From Azolla caroliniana (Eukaryota; Plantae; Polypodiophyta), in contig JBHGNT010000960.1 in the NCBI GenBank assembly GCA_043228905.1, positions 1 to 13,353 on the forward strand: a DNA stretch of 13,353 nucleotides, in the 5' to 3' direction. The number at the start of each line of letters is the position of its first letter. The first letter of the stretch is position 1. This document shows, one piece after another, positions 1 through 8,265 of the stretch. The notes under the pieces are model-generated. The model did not search any database. It was given only the letters and a program-made list of their open reading frames with translations, and had not been told where the DNA came from. The position numbers and the translations under genes were made by a program.

Positions 1-337
1 CACGAACGAAATGGTAGTGCACCTCAATGTGCTTAGTCCGGGCGTGGAAGACGGCGTTCTTAGCTAGCTGGATGCTACTGAGGTTGTCGCAGTAGATTGT
101 CGTTGGATCGAATACCTCCACCTGTAGATCCTTAAGTAGCTACTTCAACCATATGGCTTCGCACGTCGCGACAACTGCTCCTCTATACTCAACTTCGGTG
201 CTCGACAACGCAACTGTCGGTTGCTTCTTGCTACTCCACGCGATCGCGGCACTCCCGAGAGAGAACGTGAAACCGGATGTGGATCGGCGATCGACGACGT
301 TTCCGGCCCAATCAGCATCGGTGTAATCGACCAACTA
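1..337 (-). pseudogene. Element A RNase H domain (partial, runs off window)
   Basis: [30 protein letters not shown]; past the TAG at 140-142 the same frame reads IYCDNLSSIQLAKNAVFHARTKHIEVHYHFVR. Confidence 0.95.
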
Positions 338-1400
338 CACGACAATATTAGTCCGATATAGTAGCCCCCGGTCCTTAGTGCCACTGATGTACCGGAGTAC
401 GCCTTGTGCGCACTTAAGGTGCTCCTCGGTCGGTCGCGCCATGAACTGACTAATCACCTCGACCGGGTAGCTGAGATCTGGTCGGCTGATGGTCAAGTAA
501 ATAAGGCTTCCGACTATCTGTCGGAACCTCGTCAGGTTGCATACCTTTCCAGAATCGGGGCAAAACTTGACGGTTCTATCCGGAGGAGTCGAGACGGACT
601 TACAGTCGGCCATCCCGAATTTGAAGAGCATATTCAGCGCGTAATGACGTTGGCTGATCAATATGCCTTCGGGGGTGCGGATCACTTCGATCCCGAGGAA
701 GTGGAAGTAATGAAGGTCCCCCAGATCCTTCATGTCGAATGATGCCACGAGCTGGAGCTTCATGCGGTCTATCTCACCTAGGTCGGCGCCGGTGATGACC
801 AAGTCATCAACATAAAGTAAAATACTAACCGGCCGGAGTCGACCTTTCCGGATGAACAGTGACGAGTCCGATTTTGACGTCACAAAGCCCATCCGACACA
901 ATCGTTGCGTGACCTTCATGTTCCAGGCACGCATAGCTTGCTTTAGTCCGTAAAGGGACTTCTTCAATCGACACACCGCCGAAGTGTTCGTTCCGGAGTG
1001 AAATCCGGGGGGCTGTACCATGTACACCTATTCCTCAAGCTCACCTTGTAGGAACACATTCCTTACGTCCATATGATGTAAGTGCCACCCCTTTGCCGCA
1101 GCTACCACGACCAAAACATGGACGGTCGACATCGTTGCAACCGGCGCAAACGTCTCATCGTAGTCGATGCCGTGTTTCTGCGCGTAGCCTTTCGCTACTA
1201 ACCGGGCCTTGTATCGGTTGATCGAGCTGTCAGTGTTGTACTTGACCTTGTACACCTACTTACATCCGATCAGTTTCACACTTTTCGGTGCGTGAACCAG
1301 GTCCCAGGTTTCATTCTGAGCTAATGCGCGCATCTCTTCCTCCATTGCGGCATGCCAATTTGCATCCTTCGCCGCTTCTGCGTAGCTCTCTGGTTCACGC
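338..1400 (-). pseudogene. Element A reverse transcriptase (RVT_2 type), in-frame stops at 1028 and 1256
   Basis: [57 protein letters not shown]. Confidence 0.96.
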
Positions 1401-1879
1401 ACTTCTGCTACATGCGTCATGTACGCATAGTGATGCGCCATGTACTCGTTGTAACCAAACCGCACAACAGGGTTCTTCTGGTAGGTTGATCGGCGTAATT
1501 GCTCATTAGCCGAAGTTGAGGCTTTCATGGTCGACACGGACTTCGCTCTCGAAGACCCATCATCACTTCCCTAGGAGTTGGACTCGTTCCTATCCATGCC
1601 GTAATCTGACACCTTCTTCTTCCCTTTTTCTTTGCGTGTAAGCTGTCTCCTCAGCTCCCTGCGTGGGGAATGCATGGCCGAGTCTCCACTACTCGCCGGC
1701 TCTTCGTTGGACGGGTCGAACCGACTCAGCCGTCCATTCGGTCCGCTTAACCGAAATGAAATCGGACTCTCTTCACGGAACCCGATTTCAGGCTCATCCG
1801 GAGGCATCTCGGCCTCGTTGACCTCATCATCAGAACTCGGATTGGAGGTGAGGTCCGGAGTCGGAGACAAGTACCAGGA

Positions 1880-2745
1880 CGCGTACTCGTCAAACACAAC
1901 GTCACAGCTCAGGCACGCTTGTTTGGTGCGAGGGTTATAACACTTATAACCCTTCTGCTCGTCCGAGTAGCCGACCAAGATACACTTCTCAGCTTTCACG
2001 TCCAACTTCCTCTGTTTCTCCTTCGGCACATGCACATACGCAATGCTACCGAAAACTCTCAAGTGTCGTAGATTCGGCTTTCTTCCGAAATACTGCTCAT
2101 GCGCCGACACTTTGTCTCCGATCTGATTCTGGATGTATATTGCGGTTTGTACCACCTTAGCCCAATAGAACTTGGGCAAGCTCTTCTCCTCTAGCATTGC
2201 CCGTGCCGCTTCTACAATTGACCGGTTCTTCCTCTCGGCCACGCCATTTTGCTCTGGCGAGTATCTACAACTGAATTCACACCGAATTCCCATCTATTGC
2301 AGATAGCCATTGGATTGATCGGAAAAGTATTCTTTTCCGCCATCTGACCGCAAGCACTTGATCTTCCCTCCTGTTTCCGTCTCCACGAACCCTTTGAGGT
2401 CCTAGAAACAGTCGAAGACTTCACTCTTCTTCTCGATGAGATAGATCCACGTGTGCCGCATATAGTCGTCGATGAAGGAGATGAAATATCGACTCCTGAC
2501 AAGACTTACGTTCTGTGCCGGCCCCCATACATCGGAATGTATCAAGTCGAGCTTGTTCCGGCTCCGATTATGCTCGTTAGGGAATGGAAGTCGGTGTTGC
2601 TTCCCGAATTGGCAGGCTTCACAAATTCGTGCCTTTCGGCCACTAAATTTGGGCAGTCCGAACACCACCTATTTTGATTGCAGGTCCTGAAGCCGTTGAT
2701 AGTTGACTTGGCCTATGCGCTTGTGCCATGAGTCAATATCCGACT
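1880..2745 (-). pseudogene. Element A integrase (Zn-binding plus DDE core), stops at 2294, 2402 and 2669
   Basis: WHKRIGQVN..CEAC (second His of HHCC lost), HSDVWGP, FIDDY, RSDGGKEY, PEQNGVAERKNR, GYSDEQKGYKCY. Confidence 0.95.
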
Positions 2746-2789
2746 CGACTTTTTGTCCTTTCGCGAACATTGCGGTGCCATTGTCACTA

Positions 2790-3100
2790 GAGTCGAGGAT
2801 AAACATCCTCCCGTCTCTGCGCTCTTGCGCAATAACTCGGCCTTCTTCTTCGATGAAGCACTCGAGATGTGTGAACCAGACTTGCATCCCCTGGTCGACG
2901 ATCTGCCCAACCAACACCAGATTCTTTGTGATTGTGGGGACATGTAACACGTTCATAAGTTTCCCTTTCTACCCAACATGGCTCAAGGGAATTTCACCGA
3001 CGTTCACGATCGGATGTGGAGTGTCGTCTCTGGTTGCGACTACTCCTTGTGGCACATCATGTGGTTTGACGAACCGGAGTCAACGTACTACACCTCGTCC
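2790..3100 (-). pseudogene. Element A aspartic protease, with stops and an internal deletion
   Basis: EV*YVDSGSSNHM (W to TAG at 3088-3090), then NVLHVPTITKNLV in a shifted frame. Confidence 0.88.
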
Positions 3101-3149
3101 GATTTCGGGGTGGACATCTTCATAGAGTTCGATTTGTGTCTCGTCACGA

Positions 3150-3675
3150 AGGCTGACCCCTTTTTCGGCTTTTCCGGACCCTGCGGCGTAGTGCGATCGC
3201 TGCCGATTTCCTTTGTCCGTTTGTCCGGAGCCTGATCCGGATCCGGTCCTCTCTGAGTCGGCGCGCTTCTTCCAACACTCACTTTCCTTGTGGCCTTTCT
3301 TGCCATAGTACCAGCATTCTGCAACGGATTTCCCTTGCCGATTCTTGTCGCCTTGACTCCCCCTGTTTCCGGAGGGTTTGGAATTGCTATCGGCATCACT
3401 TCGGTGCCTTCGTCCTTCATCCCGTCGGATGCCTCCATTGCGCACTGACTCGCTTCGTTCGCCACGACCATGGGGCCTATCTCCCTCTGTGTACAACATC
3501 TTGATGTCGGCATGTGTGCTTGTTGACGCACCCGCGTGGTTCTCCTCTATAAGGAGCATCGAGTGTAGGTCGAAAAACGACGGCGTATTCTCCCGTGTAC
3601 ACACAGCAGTTCAGAATGCTCCGAACTTCGACGCCAGTCCCCCGAGGAAGATCTGCACCATCTCACCTTCCTCGA
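3150..3675 (-). pseudogene. Element A gag C-terminal part; N-terminus missing
   Basis: EMVQIFLGGL..F*TAVCTRENTPSFFDLHSMLLIEEN; degenerate zinc knuckle CWYYGKKGHKESEC (second Cys is Tyr); frameshift near 3155-3165. Confidence 0.88.
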
Positions 3676-3998
3676 TGTTACCGATTAGGAACACGGTCTT
3701 CGGTCAGTCCTTCGACCTAGACCTCCAAGTGATTGTGGAACAACGAATGGGGCGTCTATGCGTAATGCATAGGGGAATGCTCCCCGTAACCTATCAACGT
3801 ATAAGGGAGACGACTACAACCGACTCCTTAGCAATGGTTACACTTACGTTCTTACACGCTCAGATATTGCAGACACACAGTAAATTAGCCGTAGCTATAC
3901 ACAGACTTTCAGAAAAGATAGAATTCTATTACGATACGCTTCTTTACATTCCAAAAATACACACTCCCCCTATCAGAGGTTTTCTGCCCTTTATATAC
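3676..3998 (-). repeat. LTR segment (TATA/R/U5 part), probably the 5' LTR of element A
   Basis: Coding similarity stops abruptly at 3675; minus strand ends ...CGGTAACA; TATATAAAG on the minus strand at about 3989-3997. Confidence 0.65.
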
Positions 3999-4335
3999 TA
4001 TTAGGAAACAGGTCCCTTCGGATGGGAAGTGAGAAGAACAGTATTGATGAACAAACTCGGCCAAGGCCGAAACCGGATGAGGAGTACCCGGCTACGGAGA
4101 GCCGGATGGTGCAGACCCGGTGAGAACCGGATGACGAGTGCCCGACAAGATCCGGATGATGCAGGCCCGGTGAGGAGCGCTCACCGGATGAAGAGACATA
4201 TTCGTAAATATGTTTCTGAGAGTCCATCGTGGCTATATTTGTAAATAGCCGAAAAGTCATATTAGTATAAATATGACTTAGGGCAAACTTTTGGTAATTT
4301 TTTTCTTGTTGGTGCAAGATTAGAGCGCAGCTGTG

Positions 4336-4383
<48 letters not shown>

Positions 4384-4638
4384 CGAAGAGTTCGTATCTC
4401 TGTTGTAACCGCCGCTTGTGGCGAAGATAGAAAGCTTGAGGTTGTTGCCTCAGTGCTTTACTGTTGCACACTGTAACATAGTGATAGTTTGTAGCCTATG
4501 GGCTGCCGTGGTTTTTCCCTAGTTTGGGTTTTCCACGTAAACATCCTGTGTACTCTTCTCTTCAATGTGTCGTGCATTCATTCCCGTTTGTTTTTTTTGT
4601 GTATGATTCTAAGCTCAGTTGTGGCCGAACGTTGCGCA
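3999..4638 (+). repeat. Tork/Tnt1-type copia LTR, copy B1 (no internal domain)
   Basis: Starts TATTAGG (TGTTGGG in relatives); collinear with 4639-5156 and with the reverse complement of 8697-9437; TATAAAT at 4266-4272; ends GCGCA. Confidence 0.88.
4339..4376 (+). repeat. (AG)19 microsatellite inside LTR B1
   Basis: Perfect dinucleotide run; the equivalent site is only AGAGAG in B2 and an imperfect CT run near 8968-8990 in C. Confidence 0.97.
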
Positions 4639-5156
4639 TGTTGGGAGACAAGTCCCTCCGAATGGGAAGGGAGGAGAACAGTGCTGATGAACAAAATCCC
4701 GGCTACGGAGAGCCGGATGGTGCAGACCCGGTGAGAAGTGCTCACCGGATGAAGAGACATATTCATAAATATGTTTTTGAGAGTCCATAGAGGCTATATT
4801 TGTAAATAGCTGAAAAGTCATATTAGTATAAATATGACTTAGGGCAAGCTTTTAGTTGTGGTTGTTGTCTATGCGAGATCATAGCGCGTAACAGTGTACA
4901 GAGAGGAAGAGGTTGTCGTTTCTGTTGTAACCGCCGCCTGTGGCGAAGATCATGAGCACGAGGTCGTTGCCTCTGTGAACTCACTGTTGTACATTCTAGC
5001 ATAGTGATAGTTTGTAGCCTGTTGGCTGCCGTGGTTTTTCCCTAGTTTGGGTTTTCCACGTAAACATCCTGCATACTCTTCTCTTCACTGTGTCGTGCGT
5101 TTCATTTCCCGTTTTCTGTGTATGATTCTAAGCTCGGTTGTGGCCGAGCGTTGCGT
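4639..5156 (+). repeat. Tork/Tnt1-type copia LTR, copy B2, directly abutting B1; terminal CA absent
   Basis: Starts TGTTGGG; shares long near-identical blocks with B1 (e.g. 4791-4846, 5000-5070); shorter U3 repeat region. Confidence 0.88.
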
Positions 5157-5258
5157 GTAGGGAGCGTGCAGTTCCTGTTAGCACATAGGGAGCGTGTAGT
5201 TCCTGTCATATACGTAGGGTCTATTTATCCGTTCACGCTTCCTACGTGAACCGTTACA
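5157..5258 (-). repeat. U3 start of the same LTR, with about 29-bp direct repeats
   Basis: Minus strand begins TGTAACGG, an imperfect inverted repeat of the 3676 end. TAGGGAGCGTGYAGTTCCTGT occurs twice. Removing 3999-5156 restores TATAC|GTAGGG, matching TATACGTAGGG at 5209-5219. Confidence 0.6.
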
Positions 5259-5535
5259 TGCATTATGATCTTATATTATTTCTTATTCCTACACTCTTGT
5301 CCGTCGGTTACTATTCCGGCGAACAACACCTGGCACGCTTGTGGGATAGTGCCCTGGCACGTCAGACCCATCCCTTTAATCTTCTTCCAAAATGGCCTGG
5401 ATGTTTGGCTCTGGTGCGGTGTCCGCTTTCGTAGTGTATTCCACACACTACGTGAAAACCATAAAATAATATATCCGAATTTAGATACATATAAATAAAT
5501 AAATAATATATCAAAAGAATTTATCACGTGCGTAG

Positions 5536-5592
5536 GGCAGGATTCAAAGCATGCACCTCCACGTAGATAAACCCCAACTTTACCATTGTAAT
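5536..5592 (-). other. Degenerate tRNA-derived (SINE-head-like) segment
   Basis: Minus strand CAATGGTAAAG...GGAGGTGCATGCTTTGAATCCTGC resembles A-box and B-box/T-arm (GGTTCGAATCC) spacing; no intact cloverleaf. Confidence 0.3.
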
Positions 5593-5724
5593 AACTTATC
5601 TTTAGTGTTATAAATATAGATTTAATACGTATAAGACCTTTATTTACACATACCTTTATTAAAAGGTAAAAATCATGTATTCTTTAGAGTGTGAATATTT
5701 TATTTACACGTGACATTAAAAGTG

Positions 5725-6015
5725 ACTCATGCACATCTAGCGTGCACAAGCCCTATATTTAGGAAATGACAAAACATCACATGCACATTTAGTGTGCATG
5801 GGCACTTTAGGTGAAAAAGCATGAAGCCATGCTTAGCCTCTTCCATCTTTATATAAGGAGGAGAAAAATATGTATATGGTTGTTGATTAATATACAAGGT
5901 TGGATCAATCTAATATATTCGTGGGATTCACGAATTTTGCCATCTAATTGCTCTTATAATCTAAATATTGTTTTAATTACACTAAACTCGTGGGATTCAC
6001 GAGATTGCTATCTTA
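5725..6015 (+). mobile_element. Possible stacked Helitron 3' termini in AT-rich DNA
   Basis: Hairpins at about 5728-5750 (imperfect), 5780-5800, 5917-5935 and 5987-6003, each followed about 6-12 nt later by TTAG, CTAA-T or CTTA (CTRR-like). Confidence 0.4.
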
Positions 6016-6078
6016 CTTCTCTTTCCACTATTCATATCTAGCCTTAAGTTGTATTCCTCTCCCTCCTAGTCAAAAACC

Positions 6079-8211
6079 TTGGCGGTTCCCACCCGACTCA
6101 CGCAACGATCCAGAGCCGAAGGGCACGACACAGTTGGTGAACCCGATGTGAAGACGGGTGGCAAGGAGATGGAAAATCAACAAGAGGCTAGCAACATGAT
6201 GATGATGTTCGAGCGCATGCTACAAGAACAACGCGCGATGTCGGAGATAGCGGCCTCAGTGGAGCGGCTCGTGCAACGAAACGGGCAATTCAACGGGAAA
6301 GACGTGTCGCGGTATCTTCGGGATTACAAGGCGGAGATGCTACAGTGCGGAATATCGGAAGGACTGCAAGTGACGTCCTTCAACCGGGTGGCAACCGACG
6401 GGCTTCAAGCAAGCATCCATGGGCTACGACAGCAAAATCCGACATGGGAGGCGTTTGAAGTAGAGCTAAAGAGGACGTTCGCCATCGAGGATTCCTCCAA
6501 GGGGACGCGAAGGGGATTCGAAGATTGGGTGGAGACGCCGGACAAGGGATTGAAGGTCGTTGATGTGTTTTTGGCATTTGAAAGCCGGTTCGGGAGGTTG
6601 TCCGCGAGAGATCAAGCTATCCTCGTACCGGACAAGGTGATCATGTTCTTGCGAGCTGTGGACGTCCGGGACCGGAAAGATCTCGGAGTGCTCTTGGAGG
6701 ACACGACCACGGAGAGCGGCCTCACCGAAACATGGGAAAGCGTGCGGGATATCGTCGCGCGATACACAAAGAGGGGGCAATGGCTTGCCGACGAGGAAAA
6801 GAGGGTTTCGGAACTGATTCCGAAACCGAGAACCGGATTGGAAGACCATCAACTGAGGGCTCGAGAGACTACAACCGAGAAGGGGATTGATGCATCTACG
6901 GTGGAGCAACTATTGAAGGAGATGGAGAATCTGAAGATCGCGATGGTGAAGAAGTCGGATGACCGCCCCACAAGCTCCAAGTATACGGACCGACGGTGCA
7001 TATGGTGCGATAGCGCCGAACACGATCGGAGGGATTGCGACGAGCATAAGGAGGCGCTACGGCGGGATCTCATCTACTACGAGGGAAACCGGATTCATTC
7101 GATGGACTCTCGGAAGCCACTCCGACCGAACTTCCGGAAAGGCGGCATGAAGAAGGTGCTCGAGGAGGAATTGGCGGCGAGAAGCAACTATGCGACAACC
7201 GCGGGAATATGTGTCGGGGAGTCATCGAGAGCAAAGACGTCTTTTTGGCCGGAAGTTCTAGAAAACACCGAGAAAACCGACTCCAACGAGATCCGAAACA
7301 CCGCGGAAGGCGTCCGGGAAGCTACGGGATGGGAGTGCCCTGTCGACAAGAATAGCGTATATGCCCTGTGTCAATTGCATAAGGTGTATGTGGACGAGAA
7401 ACGACGACGCACGGAGGATGCGGTCGGGCCATCGAAGATACCGGAAAGTTGGAACTCCGGAGGTAAGGGAAAAGAAAAGGCGACTCCGGCATTCAAGCTC
7501 GCCTCGGACATAGAACAATAAACCGACTTGAAAAGAGTGTTCGAGGAAAGAATCTTGGATAGCCGGGTAGATTTCTCGCTTCGGGAGCTACTCGGAATAG
7601 CAAAGAAGGAGTTCCACGATCTTCTTGTGGATCTCGTGAAGTGAAAAAGACAAAGTACGGAGGAAAATGCTCCAAGGGTGAATGCGAACACCGTTTTAAT
7701 GAACGACACCGAAGCGGAGGACGAAATTCCGAACTCCCACTATACAAGGCCACATTGGGCACGCGCGACTACGGAGACTCCGGTCCGAATCGGCAACATC
7801 AAAGAACCTGTGCTAGCATTGATTGATCACGGATCGGAGATCAACTTGATGTCCAAGGAGTTCTACCGGAAGGGGAAGTGGCCTATTAACACCAACCATG
7901 GATGGAAGATTCGGGCGGCCACCAAAGCAACGGAAGATCTATTTGCGGCTTGTCCGGATGTGACGGTGAAGATCGGGGATGTCGAGATCGACCAAAATTT
8001 CTTCGTGCAAGATGAGGTTTCACATTCCGTCATCCTCGGCCAACCCTTTATCACGGCATCACGGATGGAGACGAAGGTGCTCGATAGCGGTGCGGCTTTT
8101 GCACGAATTCGGAGCCAAAACGGTGGGAAATTCGTCCAATTCCTAACGGTGCCGGCAAATCACGAAAGGAACAAGAGGGAACTCTTGTCCCAAGTGAGAA
8201 TGGATTTTTAA
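6079..8211 (+). pseudogene. gag: Element G ORF1 gag-protease, two premature stops (TAA 7519-7521, TGA 7642-7644); first in-frame ATG at 6169
   Basis: ORFs 6079-7521 and 7678-8211 share a frame and the gap reads through as TDLKRVFEERILDSRVDFSLRELLGIAKKEFHDLLVDLVK*KRQ; CIWCDSAEHDRRDC at 6997-7038; DHG at 7825-7833. Confidence 0.88.
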
Positions 8212-8265
8212 AGCGGACTGTTGCGGAGTGGGGAAGTGATAGTCCGAGAAGCCCTGATACCCCAC
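8202..8265 (+). promoter_or_regulatory. Predicted -1 ribosomal frameshift signal: G_GAT_TTT, 5-nt spacer, H-type pseudoknot
   Basis: Stem 1 is 8214-8224/8236-8246 (11 bp, 3 G-U); stem 2 is GTGGGG 8228-8233/CCCCAC 8260-8265; -1 frame open from the heptamer. Confidence 0.75.

Larger units (their letters stand above)
1..5258 (-). mobile_element. Decayed Ty1/copia LTR retrotransposon (element A); 3' end lies left of the window; probable 5' LTR interrupted by 3999-5156
   Basis: Domain order on the minus strand is gag-PR-INT-RT-RNaseH (copia order). Nearly all fragments share one frame (ORF ends 334, 1027, 1255, 1537, 2293, 2668, 2956, 3604) separated by in-frame stops. Bounded by TGTAACGG...CGGTAACA LTR-like termini. 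Confidence 0.92.

Noticed and set aside
140-3090. Alternative genetic code (TAG = Gln), readthrough or U-to-C editing explaining the TAG stops
   Set aside because: TAG also replaces conserved Trp and probably Arg; frameshifts and lost Zn ligands show real decay; element C has long ORFs with no in-frame TAG.
3378-4004. 208-aa plus-strand ORF as a gene
   Set aside because: It is antisense to gag and crosses into LTR sequence, with no recognisable motifs.
3999-5156. TRIM or complete mini-element formed by B1 and B2
   Set aside because: There is no internal region, PBS or PPT between the repeats, and they are unevenly diverged.
5246-5527. Short ORFs as a host exon or captured gene fragment
   Set aside because: No recognisable protein motif or supported splice structure; the origin of 5259-5520 stays unresolved.
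6080-6098. TGGCGGTTCCCACCCGACT as a tRNA-Gln-type primer binding site for element G
   Set aside because: Only an imperfect resemblance from memory, no adjacent LTR-terminal CA or recognisable LTR, and it reads equally well as gag codons. It needs comparison with host tRNA 3' ends.
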